Positions 1-9,463 of a stretch of DNA of 64,000 nucleotides are shown one piece after another. Below the pieces are notes generated by a model that worked only from the letters and a program-made list of their open reading frames with translations, had not been told where the DNA came from and ran no database searches. Location: NCBI GenBank assembly GCA_963706025.1, contig CAVPLM010000003.1, forward strand, positions 416,001 through 480,000, written 5' to 3'. This DNA comes from an uncultured Actinomycetes bacterium (GTDB lineage: Bacteria > Actinomycetota > Thermoleophilia > RBG-16-64-13). Position 1 is the stretch's first letter; each line of letters opens with the position of its first letter. Position numbers and translations under genes: made by a program.

Positions 1-1
1 G

Positions 2-484
2 GGCTCACTGCCGGTATCACTCAACCTTTTCCTGAAGAGGATCGGAGAGCGTCCCTTCTGGAAGGGTGGCCGGATCCAGGATGACCTAATATGCCAGTCT
101 GCCGAGGACCTCGTGCGCGATTTCGATATTCGCACACCTACTGTGGAGACGCACTGCGGAGCGCTGTCCGGCGGCAACATCCAGAAGATGGTGTTGGCAA
201 GAGAGCTCTCCTTCGAACCCAAGGTGGTCGTCTACAACAAACCCACGTACGGACTTGACGTGAAGACCACCCGGGATATCCGGGAGAGGATACGCGAGCT
301 TTCCGAGAAAGAGGACGTCTCCGCGGTGCTCATATCCACCGACCTCGAGGAGCTGCTCGATCTCTGCGATCGCATCGGCGTTATGTTTCGCGGACGTCTG
401 ACGGGCGTTGTGGAGAATCACGGTCCCGGTGTCGAGACTCAGGTCGGCAAGTTGATGCTGGGCGGAAAGGGTGATTCCAGTTGA
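2..484 (+). CDS. ABC transporter ATP-binding protein, C-terminal part (nucleoside/sugar type), 5' end outside window
   Basis: Frame open from base 2; signature LSGGNIQK, PTYGLDV, LISTDLEEL. Confidence 0.9.
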   Translation, partial: GSLPVSLNLFLKRIGERPFWKGGRIQDDLICQSAEDLVRDFDIRTPTVETHCGALSGGNIQKMVLARELSFEPKVVVYNKPTYGLDVKTTRDIRERIRELSEKEDVSAVLISTDLEELLDLCDRIGVMFRGRLTGVVENHGPGVETQVGKLMLGGKGDSS

Positions 485-1665
485 GTGATCCTATCGGTCC
501 TATCGAGAGTGGGCTCGCCGCCGGTCCAGCAGACGGGTCGGCAGAGACCATCGGGAGCGCCGACGTTAGAGTCAGGACCATGGCCCGCAGCAGCTGGAAA
601 AGGGGCTCGGGTCAGGTCACTCGGGCCATCATCGCCATAGTCGTAGCTCTCATCGTCGGGGGGATCATCCTTCTGCTCTTGGGGCGCAACCCGCTCGCCT
701 TCTACGCCGACATCTTCAGGGCCGGTGTTCTGAACGGCGGCTGGCAGGATTCGATCACCCGCATGTCCGTCCTTCTGCTGATGGGCATGGGCTACGTCGT
801 CGCTTTCCGGGGAGGCATCTGGAACATCGGCGGTGACGGCCAGTTCCTGCTGTCCGCAGCTCTCATCGCTGGGGCAGGGCCCGCCTTGTTCGCGGTCATG
901 CCGCAGGGCTGGGCGCTCATCATCCTGGGCCTGATCGGCATCGTGGTCGGGGGCTCTTGGACTATCGTGCCCTCCTACCTGCGGGCCTCGTACGGGCTGA
1001 ATGAGATCATCACCTCGGTGATGATGTCCTTTCTCGGGATCTATCTCGCGAACATCTTGATCAAGGGGCCGTTCCGCAGTGAGGAGACCACGGTCCCGCA
1101 GACCGACGTTATGCCTTTCGATAAGCTGCTTCCGAAGATCCCGGGGACGACGATCCCCGTCGGTATCTTCGTCGCTCTGGCAGCCGTTGTCGGCCTGCAT
1201 TACGTGATGACCCGCACCTCGATCGGTCTGAGGCTGACAGTGATGGGCGCGAACGCTCGTGCGGCACTACATGCCGGCCTGAAAGTCAGGCGGCTCATCA
1301 TGGCGGCGTTCTTCGCGTCGGGTGCGTTCATCGGGCTCGGGGCCGCTATGGAGATCCTCGGGGTCTGGGGGTATATGCGCGCCGACTGGAATCCCAAGTA
1401 CGGGCTGACGCTTTTCGCGTTGGTGTTCCTCGCCCGTTTGAACGCCTTGGCAGTCATCCCCCTAACAGGCCTGTTCGCGGTTCTGACCATCGGTGGTCAC
1501 ACGGCCTCCAGGAACGCCGACCTGCCCAATGACTTCATGCTTCTGCTCGTCGGCCTCATCCTGCTGTTCATGACCCTTTCCGAGCTCATCAGCATCGGCA
1601 AGGCCAGACGCCGCGTCCTTGGTCAGCGGATCGTGCAGGCGCTTAGGTTGGGGAGGGAGCCATGA
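481..1665 (+). CDS. ABC transporter permease (nucleoside/BMP-associated type)
   Basis: Multiple TM segments; AFRGGIWNIGGDGQ and NEIITSVM motifs typical of this permease family; start uncertain. Confidence 0.88.
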   Translation: MSDPIGPIESGLAAGPADGSAETIGSADVRVRTMARSSWKRGSGQVTRAIIAIVVALIVGGIILLLLGRNPLAFYADIFRAGVLNGGWQDSITRMSVLLLMGMGYVVAFRGGIWNIGGDGQFLLSAALIAGAGPALFAVMPQGWALIILGLIGIVVGGSWTIVPSYLRASYGLNEIITSVMMSFLGIYLANILIKGPFRSEETTVPQTDVMPFDKLLPKIPGTTIPVGIFVALAAVVGLHYVMTRTSIGLRLTVMGANARAALHAGLKVRRLIMAAFFASGAFIGLGAAMEILGVWGYMRADWNPKYGLTLFALVFLARLNALAVIPLTGLFAVLTIGGHTASRNADLPNDFMLLLVGLILLFMTLSELISIGKARRRVLGQRIVQALRLGREP

Positions 1666-2588
1666 CCGTCGCTTTTTGGACGTCGCTTCTAAGCGGGATG
1701 GTCCTTGCCGGGATGCCGCTGCTTTTCACCAGCCTGGGCGAGACGATCTCGGAGCAATCCGGCATTCTCAATATCGGTCTCGAAGGCATGATGCTCGTAG
1801 GGGCGTACGCGGGATTTGTGGCCGCCTTGTACTCGCACTCTCCCTGGGTGGGTGTGATTGCAGGTATCGCAGCCGGAATGGTCATGTCGTCTATCATGGC
1901 CGTCTTCTGTGTGCGTTTGGGCTTGGATCAGATCGTGGTCGGTATCGCCATCTTACTTCTCGGCGAAGGTTTGACCAGCCTCCTTCATGGGGCCCAATTC
2001 GGTACTTCCTACCCTCGCCTTGAGGGGATGATGAGAATCGAGATCCCTCTTCTGTCGAAGATCCCGGTCATCGGCCCGAGCATCTTCAGCCAGCCCCTGA
2101 TCTTCTGGGTGGGAATCGCCCTGGTGATCGTCGTGCGCTGGGTGCTCAGGTCCACCAACTGGGGACTTAATATCCGCGCCGCGGGGGAAAAGCCCGGTGC
2201 GTTGGACGCTGCCGGGGTCAACGTCACCTGGACCCGGACGGCGGCCGTTCTTGCGACCGGTGGTTTCGCGGGCATCGGCGGTGCCTACATGGCCATCGTT
2301 GCGTCGGGGATCTTCGTGCCCTTCATGACCAACGGCCTTGGGTTCATCGCCATCGTGATCACCATGCTCGCGCGGGGCCGCGCCTTGTGGGCACTGGTTG
2401 GCTCGTTCCTGTTCGGCATCTGTCTGCAGATCGGGACCTCGCTGCAGGTGGCGGGGATCAATATCCCCACCGACGTCATCTTCATGCTGCCGTTCTTGGT
2501 GGTCATGATCGTCCTCATCATCTCCGCCCGCCAGGCTTATCTGCCGGCGGCTCTTTGTGTCCCCTACAAGCGCGGGCAACGAGGATGA
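1662..2588 (+). CDS. ABC transporter permease (second subunit)
   Basis: GETISEQSGILNIGLEGMM, IRAAGEKP..LDAAGVNV; ATGA overlap with upstream gene. Confidence 0.9.
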   Translation: MTVAFWTSLLSGMVLAGMPLLFTSLGETISEQSGILNIGLEGMMLVGAYAGFVAALYSHSPWVGVIAGIAAGMVMSSIMAVFCVRLGLDQIVVGIAILLLGEGLTSLLHGAQFGTSYPRLEGMMRIEIPLLSKIPVIGPSIFSQPLIFWVGIALVIVVRWVLRSTNWGLNIRAAGEKPGALDAAGVNVTWTRTAAVLATGGFAGIGGAYMAIVASGIFVPFMTNGLGFIAIVITMLARGRALWALVGSFLFGICLQIGTSLQVAGINIPTDVIFMLPFLVVMIVLIISARQAYLPAALCVPYKRGQRG

Positions 2589-2645
2589 GTCGCGGCGACC
2601 AGCTGGCGACCATCCCTCCTGGCCGAATGAAAGGAGTTGGTGCAG

Positions 2646-3821
2646 ATGCGCCCCGCTGATTTTACTGTGAGCGCAGGCCCCACCACGGTCTCGGCCGAGG
2701 TCATGGCGGCCATGGGTCAACCCATCATCTACCACTACGACCCCTCATTTCTGGAGACTTTCAAGAGAACCGTCGACAAGGCGGCCGAGGTCTTCGGGAC
2801 CAAAGAAGACGTGATACTGATGCAGGGAGAGGCGGTCGTTGGCCTCGAGGCCGCAGGCAGGGCTTGTGTCCGGCCGGGAATGAAGGTGGTCAACCTCGTT
2901 TCCGGGGTATTCGGCAAAGGCATGAGCGACTGGCTCAACATGTGGGGCGCGGACGTCATCGATATCACCGTGCCTTACAACGACGCCATAGCGCCCGAGG
3001 CCGTCGAGGAGGCTCTCAAGGAGCATCCCGACGTCGAGCTCGTGGCCATGGTGCACTCGGAGACGCCGTCGGGCACTCTCAATCCGGTGGCGGAGATCGG
3101 TCCGATGGTGCGGGCCCATGGGGCGGTCAGTATCGTAGACTGCGTCTCGTCGCTCGCCGGCATGCCGTTCCACCCGGATGAGTGGCAGTTGGACATCTGC
3201 GTCTCGGGGGCCCAGAAGTGCCTTTCCGGACCTCCCGGGATAACCCCGATGACTGTGAGCAAGCAGGCCTGGGCCCTCATCGACAAGAATCCGGCCGCGC
3301 CTCGCTGGTCTTTTGTGGCTCTGCTCGATTGGCGCGAGATCTATCTGAAGGGCGGTCGCTTCCCGTTTACCCCCTCGGTTTCCGACGTATTCGGACTGGA
3401 AGCCTGCCTCGACTGGGTGCTGGAGCAGGGCATCGACAATGCCATTGCCCAGCACACTATCGCCGCGGAGGCCTGCCGGGCGGGAGCGAAAGCCATGGGT
3501 CTCAAGCTGTGGGCCAGGAGCGAGGCCATTATGTCCACCTGCACCACGGCCATCACCGTTCCCGAGGGGTTGACCGACATCCAGGTGCGCAATCATGTGC
3601 GCGAGCGCTACGGGGTACAGATCTCAGCCGGCCAGAACGCCGGCAACCTGATCCGCATCGGCCACATGGGCGTCACCGCGCGGTCGCTGTACCCGGTCGT
3701 GGGGCTTTCCGCCGTCGGTCGCGGTCTCACTGACCTGGGGGCGAAGGTCGACGTGGGGGCTGGTGTCGAAGCTGCTCTCGAGATCATCAGCAGGGCTGCC
3801 GCACGAGGAGGTGCCAGTTGA
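2646..3821 (+). CDS. ppaT: Class V aminotransferase, pyridoxamine-pyruvate aminotransferase-like
   Basis: YDPSF, QGEAVVGLEAA, SGVFGKG, VPYNDAI, TPSGTLNP, IVDCVSS, QKCL (Schiff-base Lys), NPAAPR, FPFTPSVS, RIGHMG; these follow the Mesorhizobium loti PPAT sequence as I recall it; RBS AAGGAG upstream. Confidence 0.75.
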   Translation: MRPADFTVSAGPTTVSAEVMAAMGQPIIYHYDPSFLETFKRTVDKAAEVFGTKEDVILMQGEAVVGLEAAGRACVRPGMKVVNLVSGVFGKGMSDWLNMWGADVIDITVPYNDAIAPEAVEEALKEHPDVELVAMVHSETPSGTLNPVAEIGPMVRAHGAVSIVDCVSSLAGMPFHPDEWQLDICVSGAQKCLSGPPGITPMTVSKQAWALIDKNPAAPRWSFVALLDWREIYLKGGRFPFTPSVSDVFGLEACLDWVLEQGIDNAIAQHTIAAEACRAGAKAMGLKLWARSEAIMSTCTTAITVPEGLTDIQVRNHVRERYGVQISAGQNAGNLIRIGHMGVTARSLYPVVGLSAVGRGLTDLGAKVDVGAGVEAALEIISRAAARGGAS

Positions 3822-4228
3822 GCCACGTGGAGTTCGACAAGGACAAGTGCACGGACTGTCGCATGTGCATGCAGATCTGTTCGATGAACAAGCTGGGGCG
3901 GGTTACGCCGGCAGCGGCGTGCATCCAGATCGATAGGGAGCGCTCCAAGTACTACGGCGACATGGGCTGCCGGGTCTGCGACATGACCCACGAGCGGGCC
4001 TGCGTGGATGCCTGTCCGGTGGAGGCGCTGATCTACGAGCCGGATCTGGACGTGGTCCGGTTCGACGCCGAGTTGTGCACGGAATGCCTGGCCTGTCTGG
4101 ACGTCTGCCCGAATGTGGCGAGAGATGTGAGGTCCGGCCGGATAATGATCTGCGACCTTTGCGACGGCGACCCCTTGTGTGTCAAGTGGTGCCCCGAAGG
4201 CGCGCTCTCATGGGGGGCAGAGGCATGA
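3818..4228 (+). CDS. Multi-[4Fe-4S] polyferredoxin subunit (AOR partner)
   Basis: CTDCRMC..C, CRVC..C..CP, CTECLAC..CP, CDLC..C..CP; overlaps flanking genes. Confidence 0.9.
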   Translation: MSHVEFDKDKCTDCRMCMQICSMNKLGRVTPAAACIQIDRERSKYYGDMGCRVCDMTHERACVDACPVEALIYEPDLDVVRFDAELCTECLACLDVCPNVARDVRSGRIMICDLCDGDPLCVKWCPEGALSWGAEA

Positions 4229-6030
4229 AATACGGCGGATACATGGGCAAGTTCCTCACCGTCGATCTTTCGACCGGTGCCACCGGCACTTGGGACACCC
4301 CGGACGAAATGGCGGAGAAGTACCTTGGCGGCCGCGGGTTCATCGCCAAGATGCTCTACGATCGGCTGGCGCCGAAGATCGATCCCTTGGGACCCGAGAA
4401 CGTGATCATCTTCGCCACCGGCCCGGCGACGGGGACTCTGGTGCCCACCACAGGGCGGATCGCCATCGGCGTGAAGAGCCCACTCACCAACACCATCTCG
4501 GCAAGCTACCTGGGCGGCCACTTCGCCGGTCAGGTGAAGTACGCGGGCTACGACGGGATCATCATCACGGGGGTCTCGCCGACGCCGGTGACCCTGGTGA
4601 TCGATGACGACAGAGTCAGTCTGCGCGATGCCTCGGGCATCTGGGGCAAAGACACCAAAGAGTCGCAGGACATCCTGCGGGCGGAGTTGGGCGAAGGCTT
4701 CGAGATCGGCGCCATCGGCCCGGCGGGAGAGAATCTGGTGCCCATCGCCACCTTCATGCACGTGCAGAGAGCAGCCGGTCGTGGTGGGTCCGGAGCGGTG
4801 TTCGGCTCCAAGAAACTGAAGGCCGTGGCGGTGCGCGGCACGGGCGGCATCAGCGTGGGGACGCCGGCGAACGAGTTCATCCAGGGTTGCAAGGAGATGC
4901 ACGACATCATCATGGCCAACCCGGTGCGGCCCGCCTTCCGGTATGCCGGCACGACGGGCATGCTCCCGGTAATGAACGAGGTCGTGGGGTTGCCCTACAT
5001 GAACCATCAGGACGACAAGGCTCCGGATGTGAGCTTCATCCACAACGAGGAGATCTACAAGTACGTCAACAAGATCGAATCATGCGCCGGCTGCAATGTG
5101 TTCTGCGGCGCGGTGGTGGAGTTCGAGCGAGGTGGGAAGCGCTATCGCACCGAGCGCTTGGATCACGAGTCGACCTGGGCTCTCGGTCCCAACTGCGGGA
5201 TCGTCGATCTCCCGGCTCTCATGGAAGCCAACATGCTCTGCGACTATCTGGGCCTCGACACCATGAGCGCGGGCGGCGCGATCTCCTGGGCCATGGAGAT
5301 GACGCAGCGGGGTCTGCTCAGCAAAGAGGAGACGGACGGCCTGGACTTCAGTTTTGGCAACGCCGACGTCTTGGCCCCCGCCATCCGGAGCATGGCCGCC
5401 CGGCAGGGATTCGGCGATCTCCTGGCCCGAGGCAGCCGGGAAGCGGCCCGACTCGTCGGCCGGGGTGAGGAATACGCCATGCAGGTGAAGGGGCTGGAGA
5501 TGTCGGCCTATGCGCCCCGGGGCTTCACCGGCATGGGCTTGAGCTTTGCCACCACCAGCCGAGGAGCCGATCACAACAAGGCCTTCACGGTGGCGGCCGA
5601 GTTTCTAGGGGTGCTCGGGAACTACGACCGTTACGCGCTGGAAGGCAAGCCTCATCTGGTCAAGACCATGCAGGACAGCACCTGCATCATCGACTCGCTC
5701 ATCATGTGTATGTTCACCGTGGACCTAGGGATCGGCATCGATCTGTATGCCAAGTGCGCGGCTCTGCCCACGGGAATGAGGTTCACCGAAGAGGACGTCT
5801 ACACGGTGGGTGAGCGCATCAATACGGTCGAGCGCCTGTTCAACATGAACGAGGGGTTCACTCGCGCTGACGACAATCTTCCGCCGCGTTTTGCCAGAGA
5901 AGCGGCGCCGTCCGATCCGGGGCACCACACCTTGGACGTGACGGCCGTTATGGACGAGTACTACGCGGAGCGCGAGTACGACAGCGAGGGTGTGCCCACT
6001 CCGGCTCTGCTGGAGAGATTGGGTATCTAG
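4225..6030 (+). CDS. Aldehyde:ferredoxin oxidoreductase (W/Mo-pterin AOR family) no. 1
   Basis: YLGGRG, KSPLT, AAGRGGSGAVFGSKKLKA, CAGC..C, CDYLGLDTMS, RGADH; true start MKYGGYMG at 4225. Confidence 0.93.
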   Translation: MKYGGYMGKFLTVDLSTGATGTWDTPDEMAEKYLGGRGFIAKMLYDRLAPKIDPLGPENVIIFATGPATGTLVPTTGRIAIGVKSPLTNTISASYLGGHFAGQVKYAGYDGIIITGVSPTPVTLVIDDDRVSLRDASGIWGKDTKESQDILRAELGEGFEIGAIGPAGENLVPIATFMHVQRAAGRGGSGAVFGSKKLKAVAVRGTGGISVGTPANEFIQGCKEMHDIIMANPVRPAFRYAGTTGMLPVMNEVVGLPYMNHQDDKAPDVSFIHNEEIYKYVNKIESCAGCNVFCGAVVEFERGGKRYRTERLDHESTWALGPNCGIVDLPALMEANMLCDYLGLDTMSAGGAISWAMEMTQRGLLSKEETDGLDFSFGNADVLAPAIRSMAARQGFGDLLARGSREAARLVGRGEEYAMQVKGLEMSAYAPRGFTGMGLSFATTSRGADHNKAFTVAAEFLGVLGNYDRYALEGKPHLVKTMQDSTCIIDSLIMCMFTVDLGIGIDLYAKCAALPTGMRFTEEDVYTVGERINTVERLFNMNEGFTRADDNLPPRFAREAAPSDPGHHTLDVTAVMDEYYAEREYDSEGVPTPALLERLGI

Positions 6031-6073
6031 CCGGTTTTCGGATGCTTCTGGCCGAGGAAGAGGAGGAACGGCT

Positions 6074-6313
6074 ATGCGGGTGGAGGTAGCCTTGTTTGGT
6101 CAATACTCGCGGCTGCTCCCTCCGGAGAGCAAGAACGGGCGTGCGGCTCTCGAGGTGGATCAGGCGGCCACGGTCGGCCGAGTGCTGGACCGGCTCCAGA
6201 TACCTCCCGAGGGTCGGACCTACGTGACGGTGAACGACAAGCATGTCGGTCAAGAGACCGTCTTGTCGGAGGGCGACGAGATCCGGGTGATAGTCCCGCT
6301 CGGCGGCGGTTGA
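6074..6313 (+). CDS. MoaD/ThiS sulfur-carrier protein
   Basis: 79 aa ending in VPLGGG (C-terminal Gly-Gly); RBS AGGAGG; adjacent to AOR. Confidence 0.88.
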   Translation: MRVEVALFGQYSRLLPPESKNGRAALEVDQAATVGRVLDRLQIPPEGRTYVTVNDKHVGQETVLSEGDEIRVIVPLGGG

Positions 6314-6362
6314 TGGCCTGCCGGCGGGCGATGGCGAGCGAGGGCCCTGGGGAGCAGTGTGA

Positions 6363-7154
6363 ATGATCAGACAGGCGCGCAACAAAGGTATTCCGCTGTA
6401 CTACCAGGTGATGCGGAGCCTGAAGGAGGACATCCTTTCGGGACGCTGCGCCCCCGAGAAGCAGCTTCCTTCAGAGGCTGAGCTCACGAAGATCTTCAAC
6501 GTGAGCCGTGTGGTGGTGCGGCAGGCGCTCGAGATGCTGGAAGATGAGGGTCTGATCGTGCGAGTCCGGGGCAAGGGGACCTTCGTATCCAAAGACGCGG
6601 CGGCGGATGAAGCCCCCGTGCTCTCCGGCTATATCGAGGATTTCCTGCGCGTAGGCTGGGCCCTTGAGGTGAAGGTACTGGAGTTCGGGCTCGTCAAGGC
6701 CAGTCCCGATCTGGCTTCGGTCTTCAAAGTGGCGGAGGCCAGCGATCTCTTCCACGTGAAACGGCTCCGCCTGGTCGAGAGCCGGCCGTTCTCGGTCGTC
6801 GAGAACTACCTACCCTACGAGTTGGGAAGGCATATTCCCATGGCGCTTCTGGAAGACGAGCCGCTCATGACCCTGATCGAGAAGCATGTGGGGGTCTCCA
6901 TCGAATGGGCGTCCCAGGTCTTTCAGGCGGTCTCGGCCGACGCCGATCTGGCCGCTCTTCTGGATGTCGACGTCATGGCTCCCATCTTGAAGATGACGCT
7001 CACCGCATACACCGCGGAGAGCGAAGCGGTGAATTTCGCCAACGTCTACTACCGGTCCGATCGTTACAACCATCACGGCTACCTGCGCCGGCGGCGAACA
7101 AGCGACCATCTGACGTGGACCGCGGTCGAACGCATCCACGCGATGGGGGCTTGA
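6363..7154 (+). CDS. GntR family regulator, HutC/UTRA subfamily
   Basis: PLYYQV..LPSEAEL..VSRVVVRQAL..RVRGKGTFV plus C-terminal UTRA domain. Confidence 0.92.
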   Translation: MIRQARNKGIPLYYQVMRSLKEDILSGRCAPEKQLPSEAELTKIFNVSRVVVRQALEMLEDEGLIVRVRGKGTFVSKDAAADEAPVLSGYIEDFLRVGWALEVKVLEFGLVKASPDLASVFKVAEASDLFHVKRLRLVESRPFSVVENYLPYELGRHIPMALLEDEPLMTLIEKHVGVSIEWASQVFQAVSADADLAALLDVDVMAPILKMTLTAYTAESEAVNFANVYYRSDRYNHHGYLRRRRTSDHLTWTAVERIHAMGA

Positions 7155-7182
7155 GTCCAGACGATCTCAAAAGGAGGATGGC

Positions 7183-8220
7183 ATGCGGGCTTTACGTCTC
7201 ATGGCGGCGGGGGATCTCAGGGTGGACGACGTACCCGATCCCCAGATCAAGAACGGCAAGAACGCCGTCCTCGCGGTCACCAAGACCGCCATATGCGGAG
7301 CCGATCTCCTGCCCTATTGGGGCTATGTGCCGGGTTTCGAATGGGGCACCACAATGGGGCACGAGTTCGTCGGCGTGGTTAAGGAGGTGGGCGCGGCGGT
7401 CGCTCAGGTCAAGCCCGGTGACCGGGTCGTGTGCTCCTCGATGACCTCGTGCGGTGTGTGCTGGGCCTGCCGCCGTGGGATGCAGCCACAGTGCGAGAAC
7501 CGGGCTCTTTTCGGCTTTTCCGGGGCGTACCCGCGGTTGGACGGAGGCCAGGCCGAGCAGGTGCTGGTCCCCAACGCCGACCGCGACCTGTGGCTACTCC
7601 CGCCTGAAGTGTCCGATGATGCCGGGGTGTTCGTGGCCGACATTCTCTCCACCGCCTTTCGTGGGGTCGAGCAGGCCGACGTCAAGATGGGCGATACGGT
7701 AGCGGTGGTCGGATGCGGTCCTGTCGGTCTCATGGCCATCCTGAGCGCACGGCTCATCGCGGGAATGGTCATCGCCGTGGACACGGTCCCAGCGCGGCTC
7801 GAACAGGCTCAGGCCATGGGGGCGGTGACCATCGATGCCTCCACTCAGGATGCCGTGGCCGCTGTGATGGACCTCACCGGCGGACGCGGTGCCAAGGCGG
7901 TCATCGAGTGCGCAGGCGGAGTCCCTGCACTCACGTCCGCCATGCAGATGGTGCGGGTGCGGGGCACCGTGAGCGTTATCGGCGCTCACTTCGAGCCCGA
8001 TTTCCCCTTGGACGCGGGAGGCATGTTCGCCAAGGAAACCACCTTGAGGTTCTCGATCGGAGCTCCAACCGACGATCGCGAGACAGTGCTCGACCTGCTC
8101 CGGCTGGGCAGGATCGATCCCACGCCCACGATCTCCCATCACATGAGTCTGGAAGATGCGCCCGAGGCCTACAAGCTTTTCGAGGCTCGGGAGGCCACCA
8201 AAGTGGTGTTGACGCCCTAG
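7183..8220 (+). CDS. Zn-dependent (MDR) alcohol dehydrogenase
   Basis: ICGADL, GHEFVG, structural Zn CGVCWACRRGMQPQC, GCGPVG Rossmann motif. Confidence 0.92.
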   Translation: MRALRLMAAGDLRVDDVPDPQIKNGKNAVLAVTKTAICGADLLPYWGYVPGFEWGTTMGHEFVGVVKEVGAAVAQVKPGDRVVCSSMTSCGVCWACRRGMQPQCENRALFGFSGAYPRLDGGQAEQVLVPNADRDLWLLPPEVSDDAGVFVADILSTAFRGVEQADVKMGDTVAVVGCGPVGLMAILSARLIAGMVIAVDTVPARLEQAQAMGAVTIDASTQDAVAAVMDLTGGRGAKAVIECAGGVPALTSAMQMVRVRGTVSVIGAHFEPDFPLDAGGMFAKETTLRFSIGAPTDDRETVLDLLRLGRIDPTPTISHHMSLEDAPEAYKLFEAREATKVVLTP

Positions 8221-8261
8221 CCGGTCTCGGGGGCGTCCTCAAAGCGAGGCGAGACTCGAAT

Positions 8262-8286
8262 GATTACGTATAAATGTATTAGAATG
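8262..8286 (+). promoter_or_regulatory. AT-rich internal promoter/operator candidate
   Basis: Imperfect palindrome TACGTATAAATGTA followed by TAGAAT in an otherwise GC-rich operon. Confidence 0.35.
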
Positions 8287-8312
8287 ATGACAAGTTAGGA
8301 GGGCAGTACATC

Positions 8313-9461
8313 ATGGCGAACGCGCAGTTCTTTTTCTTGGGTACGAGGCTGGTTCACGGTCTTGGTGCGGTCGCGGGCCTCGCGGGGCACGTGAAGGCCC
8401 TGGGCGGTACCAAGGTCTTCTTGTGCACGGACAAGGGTCTCAGCAGCGCGGGGGTGACCGAGAAGGTCGCCGGCGTCTTGGCGGCGGATGAGATCCCGTT
8501 CGTGACTTTCGACGACGTGCCGGAGGATCCCGGGGTCGCGGTGGTGGATGCGGGGGTTAAGCTTTTCCAAGAGGAGAAATGTGACCTGGTCGTGGCTCTC
8601 GGCGGCGGTAGCCCGATGTGCGCGGGCAAAGGCATCGCCCTGGTGGCCATGAACGGAGGCAAGCTGACCGACTACGAAGGATTCAACAAGGCAGCCAAGG
8701 CTCCGTATCCCGTGATAGCGATCCCCACGACCGCCGGGTCGGGCACCGAGGTGTCGAAGGTCAACATCCTCACCGATGAGGCCCGCAACTTCAAGATGTC
8801 CTTCCTGGACGAACGGACCTTCCCGAAGATCGCTCTTCTGGACGGGGAATTGATGGCGTCGCTTCCGGCAAGACCGGCGATCGTGGCCGGCATGGACGCA
8901 CTGGCCCACGCTCTGGATGCCCTGTGGTCCGTCAACTCCACCCAGATATCGGACAGCCTGGGGGTCGCGTCCGCGGCCACCATCTTCGAGACTCTGCCCC
9001 GAGCGGCGTTCACCGGCGACCTGGCAGCCAAGCAGAAGATGCTGGAGGCCAGCTCGATTGCCAACATCGCGCTGGGGACGGCACTCCCCGGCTTGGCTCA
9101 CGTACTGTCGCAGCCCCTGGGCAGGTATCACATGGCTCACGGCCTGGCCACGGGCATCATGCTTCCCTACACCATGGAGTTCAACCTTCCCGTGGCCGCG
9201 GCCAAGATGGCGCCCATCGCCCGGCTGCTCGGCGAGAGCGGGAGCGACCGGGAGCTGGCTGAGGTGTTGCTCGAGCGGCTGTGGGGACTCATGGGCGAGT
9301 TGGACTTCCCCACCTTCCTCGACCCCGAAGTGGTGAAGGAAGAAGACCTGCCCGTCTTGGTAGAACAGTGCACCAAGGTCGTCAACTACCGCCTGAACGT
9401 GAGGTTTGCTTCTCCCGCCGACCTCACCGGCCTGTATCTGTGTGCACTCGGAAAGGAGTGA
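8313..9461 (+). CDS. Iron-containing (group III) alcohol dehydrogenase
   Basis: GGGS, IPTTAGSGTEVS, DALAHA, LAH, HG metal ligands. Confidence 0.92.
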   Translation: MANAQFFFLGTRLVHGLGAVAGLAGHVKALGGTKVFLCTDKGLSSAGVTEKVAGVLAADEIPFVTFDDVPEDPGVAVVDAGVKLFQEEKCDLVVALGGGSPMCAGKGIALVAMNGGKLTDYEGFNKAAKAPYPVIAIPTTAGSGTEVSKVNILTDEARNFKMSFLDERTFPKIALLDGELMASLPARPAIVAGMDALAHALDALWSVNSTQISDSLGVASAATIFETLPRAAFTGDLAAKQKMLEASSIANIALGTALPGLAHVLSQPLGRYHMAHGLATGIMLPYTMEFNLPVAAAKMAPIARLLGESGSDRELAEVLLERLWGLMGELDFPTFLDPEVVKEEDLPVLVEQCTKVVNYRLNVRFASPADLTGLYLCALGKE

Positions 9462-9463
9462 CA

